Positions 48,116-59,010 of a DNA stretch of 64,000 nt are shown piece after piece; the stretch's first letter is position 1; each line of letters opens with the position of its first letter. Location of the stretch: positions 672,001 to 736,000 of the forward strand of contig OZ244207.1 in assembly GCA_965216875.1 (NCBI GenBank), given 5' to 3'. The notes beneath the pieces are model-generated. The model saw nothing but the letters and a program-made list of their open reading frames with translations. It was not told the origin of the DNA and did no database searches. This stretch comes from Rubripirellula sp. (GTDB lineage Bacteria > Planctomycetota > Planctomycetia > Pirellulales > Pirellulaceae). The translations under genes and the position numbers were made by a program.

Positions 48116-50233
48116 TTGGCAAAAGCAAACTCCGCATCGAAGTCGGGTCGCGCCGATGATTTGGAACGGATCATCCGGCGTCTCGATACGCTGTACGAAA
48201 GCGGCGAAGATTGTTTGCACCCCGATACCGGCATCATCGTCTCGGATGGCGAGTACGATGCGCTGCGACGCGAGTTGGCCGAGCTGCGTCCCGATTCGGA
48301 TCTGTTCGATGCAGCCACGGCGTCAAGTTACGTCACGGATGTCGGCAAGATCGTGCATGATCCGCCGATGACGTCGCTTGAAAAGGCGAGCCATGAAGAC
48401 GTCGCCACTCAGGAAGAGATGCTCTTCAAATGGCTGGTTGATTCGACCGAGGGGGCGACGGCGAAGATCCGCGAAGGCAAGATGGACTCGTTGGGTGGCA
48501 AAACCTACAAGGGCGAGTTGTTCGAGTTTGCCAAGGATTACTTCTATCAGGCGTACAAGCTTGATGGTGTCGCCCTTGGCATCTACTACAAAGATGGCAA
48601 GCTTGTCGCTGCTGGACTTCGACCGCGCGACGGCGTGCATGGCGAGGACGTCACCGAGCAGTGTAAGTATGTCGAAGGGATTCCGACCAAACTGAAAAAG
48701 AAGGTCACCTGCAGTATTCGCGGTGAGTTGATCTGCAAACTTTCCGACTTTGAAACGGTCCAACAAGAACTTGAAGCGGCTGGTGAGAAGCTGCGCGCCA
48801 ACCCGCGCAACCACGCGGCCGGCGGTATTCGCCAGTTCAAACAGCCCGAGAAGACCAAGCAGATGCGGCTGAGCTTCCTCGCCTATTCGATCGAAGGCTT
48901 GACGAGTCCGCCGTACTCGAGTGAAACCGAACGAGCCGATTGGTGCCGTGATGTGCTTGGTGTGCCCTACTGCGAAACCAAGATCTTTGAATTCGACGAT
49001 TTGGCCGCGATGGAAGAGAACGTGCCCAATCTCGATTATGAAGTCGACGGTGTGATCGTGGGCGTGAACAATCTCGAAGACCAAGAGCAGTTGGGACGCC
49101 ACGGCGAACGCGCGACCGGTAATCCGCGTGGCAAGATCGCTTGGAAATTCCGCGAGGAGGAAGCGACGCCGGTCATCAGCGAAATTGAATGGCAAACAGG
49201 TCGCACAGGAAAGATTGTCAGTGTGGCGATTTTTGAACCCGTTCGCCTCGCCGGAACAAACGTGTCGCGTGCGACGTTGCATAACGCCGGTTTCATGCAA
49301 CGCAATCAAATCACAATCGGTTCGAAGATCTCAGTTCGCAAAGCGGGCAAGATCATCCCGAAGGTAACCGGCGTTATTGATGGGCAGGGCGAGCCCGATT
49401 TTCCTGAGGAATGTCCCTCGTGCCAGGAAGCGACCAAGCTGGTCACCGGCGGCACCGAGGAAATGCTCGAACTCGTTTGCGAAAACGACGAGTGCCCGGC
49501 CCAAAACGTCAGCTCACTATGCCACTACCTTTCGACGTTTGGCGTTTTGGGGCTCGGTGAAAGCCGAGTTGCACAACTGGTCGAAGGGGGCGCGGTTTCG
49601 GCACCGGCCGATTTCTACAGACTTGATGTTGCCAGGGCGGAAGCGACGGGGCTTTCGAAACGCCAATCGCTGTTGGCGATCGGTGGGATTCAAATGATTC
49701 CCGCGCCCGAAAAGCTGGACGATGATCAGTTACAGGAACAGATCACCGCCGCAAAAGAAAACAAGAAGCCGATCCCGCTTTGGCAACTCTTCGCAAGCTT
49801 TGGAATCGACGCCGCCGGAAAATCGGCCGGGCGCGCGCTGGCAAACCACTTTGGTTCCTTTGACAAGATTCGCGGCGCTTCGGTCGAGCAACTTGAAGAG
49901 GTCGAGGACATCGGCGAAAAGACTGCCGAGACGATTCAGAAATACCTTGCTGAGCATGCGTCCGAAATCGACGATCTACTTGATTACGTCGAACCGGAAA
50001 AGCCAAAGACGGGCAAGCTGACTGGAGTCACCTTCTGCTTTAGTGGTGGTTTCGAAGAAGGAAAACGGCACTGGGAACAAGTCGTTCAAGAGCTCGGTGG
50101 CAAGTGTACCGGCAGTGTCTCGAAGAAGACGAACTATCTGGTCGCCGGTAGCGGTTCAGGGTCGAAGAGTGTCAAAGCCGAGAAGCTTGGTGTGCCGATC
50201 ATTTCGGTCGAGGAACTTCAGGAGCTGCTTTGA
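48116..50233 (+). CDS. ligA: NAD-dependent DNA ligase (divergent LigA)
   Basis: SDGEYD, PMTSL, KLDG, RGE, NPRNHAAG, VDG, AWKF, GRTG, ATLHN, C4 zinc finger, HhH motifs, BRCT (SVSKKTNYLVAG...GSK). Start probably TTG 48116. Confidence 0.92.
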   Translation: MAKANSASKSGRADDLERIIRRLDTLYESGEDCLHPDTGIIVSDGEYDALRRELAELRPDSDLFDAATASSYVTDVGKIVHDPPMTSLEKASHEDVATQEEMLFKWLVDSTEGATAKIREGKMDSLGGKTYKGELFEFAKDYFYQAYKLDGVALGIYYKDGKLVAAGLRPRDGVHGEDVTEQCKYVEGIPTKLKKKVTCSIRGELICKLSDFETVQQELEAAGEKLRANPRNHAAGGIRQFKQPEKTKQMRLSFLAYSIEGLTSPPYSSETERADWCRDVLGVPYCETKIFEFDDLAAMEENVPNLDYEVDGVIVGVNNLEDQEQLGRHGERATGNPRGKIAWKFREEEATPVISEIEWQTGRTGKIVSVAIFEPVRLAGTNVSRATLHNAGFMQRNQITIGSKISVRKAGKIIPKVTGVIDGQGEPDFPEECPSCQEATKLVTGGTEEMLELVCENDECPAQNVSSLCHYLSTFGVLGLGESRVAQLVEGGAVSAPADFYRLDVARAEATGLSKRQSLLAIGGIQMIPAPEKLDDDQLQEQITAAKENKKPIPLWQLFASFGIDAAGKSAGRALANHFGSFDKIRGASVEQLEEVEDIGEKTAETIQKYLAEHASEIDDLLDYVEPEKPKTGKLTGVTFCFSGGFEEGKRHWEQVVQELGGKCTGSVSKKTNYLVAGSGSGSKSVKAEKLGVPIISVEELQELL

Positions 50234-50694
50234 TCGTGTAGGAAACCGAGGTGATGCGAGGCGTGTGCTGCATGCAACTCCTCAAGGCCTTTGCGATCAA
50301 AATGTCCGAACCCAGGATGCGGGTAATAGTCGCCTTCGTGTTCTAGCACGCGGCGAACACTTTCAGCGAAAGCCTCGACTTCCAACGCGTCCTCGAGTTC
50401 ATTGGGTGGAATGAACACCGAGGCTGTTTTGACGCCAGCTGGCGACGTGCCGTTGAGGACTCGGGGAAGCATCAAACGTCGGAAGATGGGGCGGATCGGC
50501 GCGAACAGTGACATCCATTTTGGGTATCCATCAACGCTGCAGTCTTGCGTGGTTCGCAGGTGGTAGCAGATTTGCCCGAGCGACCAATTGCCGCCTCGCT
50601 CATATCCGGATTGGAGCAGACGCTCGGTCTCGGTGACGGCATCGCCAAGCGATTGGAATGTGAGTTGCCGGCGTTTGGGTGTTGGTTTGGGCAT
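50218..50694 (-). CDS. DUF1569 (DinB-like) family protein
   Basis: GNWSLGQICYHL, HPGFG, HASHHLGFL. Confidence 0.85.
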   Translation of the reverse strand: MPKPTPKRRQLTFQSLGDAVTETERLLQSGYERGGNWSLGQICYHLRTTQDCSVDGYPKWMSLFAPIRPIFRRLMLPRVLNGTSPAGVKTASVFIPPNELEDALEVEAFAESVRRVLEHEGDYYPHPGFGHFDRKGLEELHAAHASHHLGFLHDQSSS

Positions 50695-50710
50695 GGTCGC
50701 ATCAGCGTCT

Positions 50711-51859
50711 TCAAGTCGACATCGTTCGATCTGGGTAGACCGTTATCGCAGACAATTGTGTCGGCAAATTGTGTCGCTTGTCGATCGGGGACGTTTCGTA
50801 ACAAACGACGATGTCCCGATTGGGCGTCTGCGTGCGTGGCTGGTGGTTGTAGAGGTAGTTCTTGATGCCATCGCCGTAGTTGTCCACAAATTCGATCGAC
50901 GATTCGATCGCACCACCAATGGCGATCGGCGAGCGCGTTGTGGATTGTAGGGTCACACGGTGTCCACGTTCGTGAAGCCAACGTGCAAGCAACGACGGCG
51001 GATACATGTATTCGCCACTGCCAATCACGGCAACTTCTTCTGCGAGAGATCGTCCCTCAAGAAGTGCTTCGAAATCGTAAGTGGGCGGCGCCGTGATTCC
51101 TCGGCGAATCGTTTCGCCGCCAAGGATCGTATCGTGGCTGGCTGTCCCGCCAACCGCCGTGTGACGGGCATCGATGATCGCTTTCTCGTTGCGAGTGAAG
51201 TTCAACTCACCGGAGAGCAAGGAAACAAACTCGGGACAAACTCCGGTATCCTGCTCGATTTGCTGCGTCACGGATTCAATCGATTTGTCGTTCATCCAAT
51301 TGGTCAAGCAGACTAGCAGGATGCGGCCGAGTTTGCTGTTGCATGATTTCGCATAGTTGGCCACGAGTTTGGCCGCAGTGGCTCCGGTAGTGAACTCGTC
51401 ATCCACAACGACAAGCGTGTTTGCGCCAAAGAAAGCCTCGCGAGCTTGTTCGGTCGTCGGTTCATAAACGAGATGGCTGGTCGCGTGGCTGTGAGATTCT
51501 TCTGTGGTTAGCGCGACGGGGCGTGACAGCTTGTAACGCGTTGTTTGAACATAGACACCTTGGCAGTCGGTCGATTGCCAAAGCCGCTCGAAAAAGGTTT
51601 GGCCGAGGCTTGTCGCCGTTTCGGCCATCCCAATCACGCACGTTGTTTGATTCAGCGGCGGACAGCTTGCAAGCAGCGCATCGCAAGCACCTACAAGTTC
51701 GAAAGGGTCACAGGGGATGTGTTTGCCGAGGACTTTGCTGACAATCAAAAACGGACGCAGCGGATTGTTGCGACTGGCGAATCCGCACAGTCGGTCGAGG
51801 TCCCACGTTTCCTTGCGAGTTTGAATTTGGAGTGATCCCCACTCCAGTGGCGCGATCAT
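50711..51859 (-). CDS. Ter-associated phosphoribosyltransferase with TRSP domain
   Basis: SRNNPLRPFLIVSKVLGKHIP, GMAETAT, ESHSHAT, VVDDEFTTGAT, STTRSPI, DNYGDGIKNYLYN. Confidence 0.88.
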   Translation of the reverse strand: MIAPLEWGSLQIQTRKETWDLDRLCGFASRNNPLRPFLIVSKVLGKHIPCDPFELVGACDALLASCPPLNQTTCVIGMAETATSLGQTFFERLWQSTDCQGVYVQTTRYKLSRPVALTTEESHSHATSHLVYEPTTEQAREAFFGANTLVVVDDEFTTGATAAKLVANYAKSCNSKLGRILLVCLTNWMNDKSIESVTQQIEQDTGVCPEFVSLLSGELNFTRNEKAIIDARHTAVGGTASHDTILGGETIRRGITAPPTYDFEALLEGRSLAEEVAVIGSGEYMYPPSLLARWLHERGHRVTLQSTTRSPIAIGGAIESSIEFVDNYGDGIKNYLYNHQPRTQTPNRDIVVCYETSPIDKRHNLPTQLSAITVYPDRTMST

Positions 51860-54800
51860 GGCAGCGGAACCTGACTTGGATGCCGCAGGTATCCGATGAG
51901 ATCGCGTATTTCGTTGTCGGACAGCACGCCCAGGATGCCGTCGGGCATCGGAGATTTGTCGGTGACCTTTCGCCCCACAACGGTGTCGCGGTCAATCGTC
52001 AGTTTCTCCGTCGCTGTCTGAAGCGTGAGCGTGCGATCGGATTCGTCGACAACCAATCCGTTGACGACCCGATCATCATCCAGCAGCAAGATGGTCATGC
52101 GAAAGTCTTTGTCGACCACGGCACTCGGGTCGACGATATTGCCCAGCAGGTAATCCATGTTTCCGCGGTCTGACCCTGTGAGGTCGGGGCCGATCTGTTG
52201 GCCTTCGCCGTAGAGCCGGTGGCAGTTTTGGCAATTCTTGACAAACAGCTTTCGCCCGTTGCTCTTGTCGGCTTTGGCGAGGGTGGTGGAATCGAGTCGC
52301 CGCTTTAGCGTTTCGATCGCTTCCTTTTTCTCGGCAGAGGATTCGCGAAGTTCGCCCCACACCTTGCCCACTTTCTTTGATACCGCCTCGTCATCAAGGC
52401 TGTGGATCTGACGAACATGAAACGCTGTTAGGTCGCTGCGAGGAATCTGGCCGTCACCAACCGCATCGAGCAACGACGACGCAAACGATTTGCGTGATGC
52501 GAGGATGGAGATGATTTGCGGCCGGAAGTTTCCACGGACATTACGATAACGTTTGACAAGTAGTTCACCGATTTTGGGGTCGTCAAACTTCGAAAGCCCG
52601 CGTGCGGCGATCACGTTGACCTTTTGATCGGTCATCAGCGATTCACAAAACGCTCGCAGATCGTCCGGTTCACTTTGGATCAATGTTTCCAAAGCCGCGA
52701 TGCGTGTTTCGGGGGCCGCCCCTTTGGTGTCTTTGACGATGCGTTTTAGTTCGTCCAGGGCCCGCCCGTCACCAAAAACCGCGCTCAGCTCTTGAATCAA
52801 AGGTTGGTGCTTGCGGCTGGTGAGCCTTGCCGTGAACGCATCCCAGTTGGACGGTTTCGGGGCGCGTCTCCAGCCTTTCAATCCAAGGCTCAATCCCGCC
52901 AGTACCTCCCTTTGATAAAGTTCGTCGTTTCGTTTCTCGCTCACTGCGAGCAACGCGCTCACTGCTTTCGGTTGTTTTTCGATTTCTTCCGCAAGGCAGC
53001 GAGAAATCAAACGCAACGTTGTGGGGAGCTGGCAATTCTCGGCGACGGTCACCAATTGTGTTGCATCGTGATCGGCGACGGCGATGAGCCCGTACCAGAT
53101 CATGAGCGGAAGATTGTGGTCGTCGGCATCTTCGCCATGCTTGACGAGCGATGCGGCGAGTTGGGAACGCAACGAAACGGGCAATCGTTGCAGCGTCGAT
53201 GCCAGTGTCAATCGAACGAGCGCGGAGGAGTCCTTTTCGGCAATCGCGACGAGGCGCGGCAGGAGACGTGTCGCTTCCCTTTCGATTCGTTCGGCTTCCT
53301 CGTTCGAAACAAAGACTGGACCCATCGGGTCGTCCAGTTGCCAGGTGTCGGTGAGCATCCGAATCGCCCATGCCCGAACATGCTCGTCCTTGTCCGCAAG
53401 TTGGTCGCTCAAGAAGCTCGGGGTGGCGGCATCGAGTGTGAACAATGTCAGCAGCGATTGAACTCGAACCGAAGATTTGTTCGATGGCGTGCTGATGATG
53501 TTAACGAGCTTTGCGATTTCCGATTCGAGCGAATCACCATTGGCGGCTCGAGCGAGCAACGCTTTGCGATCGGTTCGCAAATGATAGGCACGCGTTTCGT
53601 GTTCCGACGGGTTGCGGTTGTCGGCGCCTGGGTAGCTGATCTTGAAGATGCGACCGCTGGTTCGATGCACACCGGTATGTTCATGGCACTCACCGGTGTC
53701 GCTCCAGTCGAGAACGAAGACGCCGCCGTCAGGGCCTGCCATCATTTCCATTCCACGGAACCAAGTGTCTTTGGATAGGCAGAAGTCTTTGGCGTGTGAA
53801 GCGACGTAACCGCTGCCGCGACGATGCAACGTTTCTTGGTTGGCGCGTCGGCCATGAAAGTTAAGCGTGAACAGGTTGCCGCGGTACTTTTTCGGCCATT
53901 GGTTTTCGCGATAGATCAATGTTCCTGAATGCGCGTGGCCACCACCGTAGGAGTTCGCGGCCCCATCGCGAGACTTGGTCCAGCTCGCACCGGTGTCAAA
54001 GTGCCAGTGATCGGCGTGGAAGTCGATCAATTGATAGGTGCGTCGATTCGGATCGAGTGTGAATGGCCGAGTGAAATGGGCTCCTGGAATCAAGTGCCAA
54101 AGGTGACCATTGACCGTATTCACAAAGAACATTTCGCCATGATCATTCCAATCATGACCCCACGGGTTGGTCGTTCCAGCGGTCAACACTTCGACTGTCT
54201 TGCGTTTCGGATGGTAACGCCAGATCCCGCCTTCGAGTGCGAGGCGATGTTCGTCGGGCGTTCCTGGTTGGCCGATGCGACCGGGGCATGATCCACCGCA
54301 CCGTCCATATAGCCAGCCGTCAGGTCCGAACCGTAGCCCGTTGGCGAAGTTGTGAAAATTCTGTTGGGCGACAGTGAAGCCATCGAGCACGACTTCACCC
54401 GGATTGTCGGGAATGTCATCGTGGTTTCGATCGGGAATGAAGATCAGTTTGGGCGGGCACATGAGCCAGACGCCGTCATGATCCACTTCCAAACCGGTCA
54501 GCATTTGGACGTTGTCGGTAAAGACGGTTCGCTTCTTGAAGCGGTCGCCGTCGGTGTTGTCGAAGATCACAATCCGATCGCGCAGATCGAGTTGGAAACG
54601 CTGACTCCGTTCGGCGTAGGTGTAGTTTTCTGCGATCCAAAGCCGCCCCTTCAGGTCAAACGCCATCGCGATGGGGTTTTGCACGTCGGGCTCGGAAGCG
54701 AACACCGATGCGCGAAATCCCTCAGGAAGCGACATCGACGCGGCCGCCTTTTCCGCATCCATTCGCGTCGATTCAGCGAGCGGTTCGGTGTTGAAGAGTT

Positions 54801-54873
54801 CAGGGAAATCGGCGATGCCGATTGAACAAACAAGGCTCAGTGCGAGCCAGGCAAAGGGTCGGATCGGTAGCAT
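51856..54873 (-). CDS. PVC-type membrane-bound dehydrogenase-like beta-propeller / HEAT repeat / cytochrome c protein
   Basis: FASEPDVQNPIAMAFD, GPDGWLY, TNPWG, HEAT-like repeats, CQNCH heme motif, IGPDL, SPMPDG; start placed at ATG 54873. Confidence 0.92.
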   Translation of the reverse strand: MLPIRPFAWLALSLVCSIGIADFPELFNTEPLAESTRMDAEKAAASMSLPEGFRASVFASEPDVQNPIAMAFDLKGRLWIAENYTYAERSQRFQLDLRDRIVIFDNTDGDRFKKRTVFTDNVQMLTGLEVDHDGVWLMCPPKLIFIPDRNHDDIPDNPGEVVLDGFTVAQQNFHNFANGLRFGPDGWLYGRCGGSCPGRIGQPGTPDEHRLALEGGIWRYHPKRKTVEVLTAGTTNPWGHDWNDHGEMFFVNTVNGHLWHLIPGAHFTRPFTLDPNRRTYQLIDFHADHWHFDTGASWTKSRDGAANSYGGGHAHSGTLIYRENQWPKKYRGNLFTLNFHGRRANQETLHRRGSGYVASHAKDFCLSKDTWFRGMEMMAGPDGGVFVLDWSDTGECHEHTGVHRTSGRIFKISYPGADNRNPSEHETRAYHLRTDRKALLARAANGDSLESEIAKLVNIISTPSNKSSVRVQSLLTLFTLDAATPSFLSDQLADKDEHVRAWAIRMLTDTWQLDDPMGPVFVSNEEAERIEREATRLLPRLVAIAEKDSSALVRLTLASTLQRLPVSLRSQLAASLVKHGEDADDHNLPLMIWYGLIAVADHDATQLVTVAENCQLPTTLRLISRCLAEEIEKQPKAVSALLAVSEKRNDELYQREVLAGLSLGLKGWRRAPKPSNWDAFTARLTSRKHQPLIQELSAVFGDGRALDELKRIVKDTKGAAPETRIAALETLIQSEPDDLRAFCESLMTDQKVNVIAARGLSKFDDPKIGELLVKRYRNVRGNFRPQIISILASRKSFASSLLDAVGDGQIPRSDLTAFHVRQIHSLDDEAVSKKVGKVWGELRESSAEKKEAIETLKRRLDSTTLAKADKSNGRKLFVKNCQNCHRLYGEGQQIGPDLTGSDRGNMDYLLGNIVDPSAVVDKDFRMTILLLDDDRVVNGLVVDESDRTLTLQTATEKLTIDRDTVVGRKVTDKSPMPDGILGVLSDNEIRDLIGYLRHPSQVPLP

Positions 54874-55031
54874 CAAGAATAGCGAGCTGGGAGGGAGGAT
54901 GTGCGAAACAGGTTGCAGCCAAGACAATTGTATTCCGTCACCCAGACGCTGTCGCCTCGACAATGGTCGAGGTTTTCGGCGCAAATGCACACGAGTTGTT
55001 TAGGAGCACCGGTGTTTTTGGCAATCCCGGT

Positions 55032-56330
55032 TTAGGCCAACCCGTCCATCGTCCCGGTGCTGGTTGCGAACTTGTCGACCTCGAGTCCGACGTTTTGCAA
55101 GATCGAGACGAACATGTTTGGCAGCGGGTAGTTGTTCTTGCGGTCGAACGCCAAGTGTTGGCCATGCTTGAACCCACCGCCCGCCAACAGGACGGGCATG
55201 TTGCGGTTGTCATGATTCGAAGCGTTGCCAAGGTTGCTCGTCATCAGCACCGTGGTTTGGTCCAACAAGGAAGTTTCCGAATCTTCTGCACCGCCTAGGT
55301 CACGCAGGAAATTGCCCCACTGCGAAACAAGAGCCGTTTCGACCAGCGCGAGCTGTTCCAACTTGGTTTCATCGAGCCCGTGGTGCGAAAGGTTGTGGTA
55401 ACCCTGGTCGACACCTTCGATCGGAATAACCCCACCGGCACCTGGAATGTGAAGGGTGATGAATCGAGTTGAATCGGTTTGCAATGCCAGCTTGATCAAA
55501 TCGCACATCACGGCTTGACGTCCGATCAAGTCGCTTGGATCGCTGATGTCGACCGGCATCTTCATTTCGACTTTGGGTTTGGGACGCTTTGCCCATTTCT
55601 CGGACTCCGCCATTCGCCGTTCGAGTTGGCGGACGCTGGTGAAGAACGAATCAAGGCGGTCGCGGTCACCCGCGCCCAACTCTCGTTGCAACGACTTTGC
55701 GTCTTCGCCGACCGCATCCATGATGCTACGACCTTGGCGAACGCGTTGGGCTTGTAGTGCGCGCTGTTGCTTGGATTCGTCGACAAACAATTTCGCGAAC
55801 AAGCGTGATGCGCGGTCCTCGGGCGGGATCATCGCACCGTTCTCGGTATAGCAGGGACTGGTGCTGCCATCGGTGCTTAGCACGAGCGATGCGTAGCGTG
55901 TTGCGTCACCGAGATGTTTGGCCATCAATTGATCGATCGAGATCGTATTCTTGGCACGTCCGGAAGTTCCCATTGCGGATGCCGTCAAGATGCTCGCTTC
56001 CGCCCGGTGTCCGCCTTTGACACCCGGATGCGAGGTTCCGGAAACGACGGTCACTTTGTCGCGCAGGTCTTGTAGTGGTTGCATGTAGGGCGAAGCTGTG
56101 TAGTTGCTGCCAGCGTCATCGGGAAAGAGGTTGTCAGCAACCAGGCCGAGCCCGAGTGTCATTGCCACGAATCGTTTGGGCGACGCTTCGACCTCTGCTG
56201 TATTGGCCATCGCGGGGCGCATCGCGGTCAACCAAGGCAGACTCATCGCAACACCGCTGCCACGCAAAACGGTGCGCCGATCGAGTGATTGACGGCGACA
56301 GACATTCACGGACTTTTTGAAAAAGCTCAT
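55032..56330 (-). CDS. DUF1552 family protein
   Basis: Tat-like [50 protein letters not shown]. Confidence 0.92.
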   Translation of the reverse strand: MSFFKKSVNVCRRQSLDRRTVLRGSGVAMSLPWLTAMRPAMANTAEVEASPKRFVAMTLGLGLVADNLFPDDAGSNYTASPYMQPLQDLRDKVTVVSGTSHPGVKGGHRAEASILTASAMGTSGRAKNTISIDQLMAKHLGDATRYASLVLSTDGSTSPCYTENGAMIPPEDRASRLFAKLFVDESKQQRALQAQRVRQGRSIMDAVGEDAKSLQRELGAGDRDRLDSFFTSVRQLERRMAESEKWAKRPKPKVEMKMPVDISDPSDLIGRQAVMCDLIKLALQTDSTRFITLHIPGAGGVIPIEGVDQGYHNLSHHGLDETKLEQLALVETALVSQWGNFLRDLGGAEDSETSLLDQTTVLMTSNLGNASNHDNRNMPVLLAGGGFKHGQHLAFDRKNNYPLPNMFVSILQNVGLEVDKFATSTGTMDGLA

Positions 56331-56393
56331 CTTGTTGAGATCTCCAAGGCGGGTGTGCTGCAATGCGGCACGATGCGGTGGCTGGTGGTGGTT

Positions 56394-58760
56394 CTATTTG
56401 CTTAGGAAAATGGGACTGCAGACAACTTCTTCAAGAATCGAACGCATCCCATAGTCCTGTTCGGCAGTCTTTTCGACCAGCTGGTCGATGATGTGTCGAT
56501 CGGCAAAGGTGATGGGGGCACCTGTACCGTAAATCAACATTTTTTCGGCGACGTTCCTTGCGATCGGTGTGGTATCGACAGCCAGCAAGCGACGGAACTC
56601 GGCAAAATCGGTGAACGTTCTTCCGTCAGCAAGGCGGTTGCTCGGGTCAATGTCGGGGCCTTTGCGAATGCGACCTCCCGAGACGGCAGCATAATTTTCT
56701 CGCCAGCGACCGGCTGCGTCGAAGTTCTCGAGTGCAAACCCAGGCGGATCAATCTTCTTGTGGCAATTCGCACATTGAGTGTCGGACAGGTGTTTTTCGA
56801 GCTGTTGCCGAATCGTCTTTGCACCGCGAATGTCTGGCTCGACGGCAGGCACGTTGGTGGGCGGCGGCGGAATCGGGACGCCAAGAATGCGTTCTGAAAC
56901 CCAAATGCCGCGCAGCACTGGTGAGGTGTTGGTTCCGTTGGCCGTCACTTTCAATAGGGCACCGTGCGCCATCAGGCCCCCGCGATGATCCTTGGGGTCA
57001 ATTGCAACTTTTCTTAACGCGTCGCCTTTGACGCCATCGATGTTGTAGAACCGCGCCAGCCGGCTGTTGAGGTAGGTGTAGTCCGAATCAACGATCGCCG
57101 ACACGCTCTTGTTGTCGTCGAGAAGTTCTTCGAGGAAGGTGTGAGTTTCGGCGAGCATCGCGTTTTGGACAACGATATCGAAATTGCGATGCAGTTTGCG
57201 GTCGGGTTCGGTGAAGTCGATGTCGACCAGATCAAGCCATTGGGCCGAAAGGTCTTTCACAAAGCCTTTGCCGCGACGCGTCTCGAGCATCCGTCGCACC
57301 TGCGACCTGAGCACTTCGGCGTCAACCAAACGCCCTTGTTTGGCTAAACGCATGAGTTCCGCGTCAGGCATGCTGCCATAGATCATGTAGCTGAGCCGTG
57401 AAGCGACGGCAAAATCATCGAGCGGGCCCGGCGTTTCGCTGAAGTACATGAATCGCGGCGAACAGAGCAGTGCGCGGTAGCCGCTGCGAAGCGCCGCGAT
57501 CGGATCGCCGCCATCGTCGATCATGCGCCGAACCGGATCGGTGTAGCGTTTCAGGATTTCGTCCGATACGGGCCTGCGGAAGGCGCGTCGTGCGAAGCGC
57601 TTGAGCTGTTTAGTGACCGACGCTGCTGGATCTTTGTCGATGCAAACCAGTTCGCCGCGTTGCCGCTTGAACTTCATTTCGCCAAGCAAATGCTTCTGGA
57701 CCGTGGCAACCGGTCCGCCCGGATGGATTCGGGTGATCGTCATGTTGTGCAAAGCGACACCGGGAACGTTTTGAGGTCCGCCTTCGCCAGCGCCGACTTG
57801 TCCACCGCGGAACCGACCTCGTTTCAACGTTTCGTCACCGGGCCGAATTTCGACCATGTGGTTTTTGGGAAGCCATGCCTCGTAGGTCCACTCGGATGCA
57901 TCGTCCATCGCTTCGAACGCACCGATCCACGACATCAGTGGTGCGCCCGAAGTGCATCGGCCGCTGCGGACGGTACACCAAACGCCATGGTCGTTCGGTT
58001 TGTTGACCGCTGACGCACTGAAGCGGATTCGGTACCAGCCGCTCTCGGGAACGGTGGTCGAAGTGATGCGGCCATAAAAGACCATCGAACTTGACCAGAC
58101 CACGGCTTTGCCATCGAGCATTTCGGGATCACGACATCGCCGTCTCGGATTCTCGCGAGCAAGACGTCGGGCTGAGAACTCTTCGACCTCGGAAGCCTCT
58201 TTCTCTGCAGCACGTCGAAAGGCTTCATCCAATGCCGCGTCGACCACGGTCAAGTGCGATTCCATTTGGAAGTGTGACATCGGCTGGCCATCGGCGATGT
58301 TCACAAATCCTTCGGTCCGTTGCTCGTCGGGCATGAGGTTGGACAGCGGAATGTCGATTGCCAGCAGGTCGTGCAACGTCCGCTCGAGCTGGACATTTGT
58401 CAGACGCCTGGCCTGCACGCGTCCGGTCGACGCAAAGGATTCGGCTTGCGTCTTGCGCAACCAATTGCCAGCCGTTTTCTTGAAGTGATTCAGTTCCGCT
58501 TCGTCCAGCTCGCCATAGTCGGCCGGCGGCATCTCGCCATCGACGACACGATCGTACAAGCGAGCCCAACGCTCCATCGCACCTGGTTCGTCAATCGCTG
58601 GTAATGCGGAAACATCGAATCCGCCTTCTCCCTCAGAACCTTCGTGACAATCCAAACAGTTCTGGTTCAGAAAGGCTCCTATGTCTTTAGGAACCGATTG
58701 AGCACGTCCAAGGGCTGCGATGAGCAGAAACAAAGTGCAAAGAAAGAGGCGCTGAGCCAT
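56394..58760 (-). CDS. DUF1592/DUF1587/DUF1588 family planctomycete cytochrome c protein
   Basis: CLDCH, GEMPP, RRLT, FARRAFRRP, SRLSY...SMPD, TSPVLRG, CANCHKKIDPPGFALENFD. Confidence 0.93.
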   Translation of the reverse strand: MAQRLFLCTLFLLIAALGRAQSVPKDIGAFLNQNCLDCHEGSEGEGGFDVSALPAIDEPGAMERWARLYDRVVDGEMPPADYGELDEAELNHFKKTAGNWLRKTQAESFASTGRVQARRLTNVQLERTLHDLLAIDIPLSNLMPDEQRTEGFVNIADGQPMSHFQMESHLTVVDAALDEAFRRAAEKEASEVEEFSARRLARENPRRRCRDPEMLDGKAVVWSSSMVFYGRITSTTVPESGWYRIRFSASAVNKPNDHGVWCTVRSGRCTSGAPLMSWIGAFEAMDDASEWTYEAWLPKNHMVEIRPGDETLKRGRFRGGQVGAGEGGPQNVPGVALHNMTITRIHPGGPVATVQKHLLGEMKFKRQRGELVCIDKDPAASVTKQLKRFARRAFRRPVSDEILKRYTDPVRRMIDDGGDPIAALRSGYRALLCSPRFMYFSETPGPLDDFAVASRLSYMIYGSMPDAELMRLAKQGRLVDAEVLRSQVRRMLETRRGKGFVKDLSAQWLDLVDIDFTEPDRKLHRNFDIVVQNAMLAETHTFLEELLDDNKSVSAIVDSDYTYLNSRLARFYNIDGVKGDALRKVAIDPKDHRGGLMAHGALLKVTANGTNTSPVLRGIWVSERILGVPIPPPPTNVPAVEPDIRGAKTIRQQLEKHLSDTQCANCHKKIDPPGFALENFDAAGRWRENYAAVSGGRIRKGPDIDPSNRLADGRTFTDFAEFRRLLAVDTTPIARNVAEKMLIYGTGAPITFADRHIIDQLVEKTAEQDYGMRSILEEVVCSPIFLSK

Positions 58761-59010
58761 TGATCACTGGGTGATTGGGGTGGGAAAGCGGCGAAACCCA
58801 AGGGAAAGCAATTCCATGCTCATGATCGGGGACGCGGCAAATTCAGGCGGGACGACCATTGTAAGCAGAATCAGGCATTTTGGGGAGCTCACGCTACCGC
58901 CGTCGCTCATTCGTTCTGCGACGTTTTGCCGTTAATTACGCAGGATCGTGTACGATGAATACAACACTTTTCTCAATAAATCGGCCCTCCCGTGGCCATG
59001 AGGTCAACAA

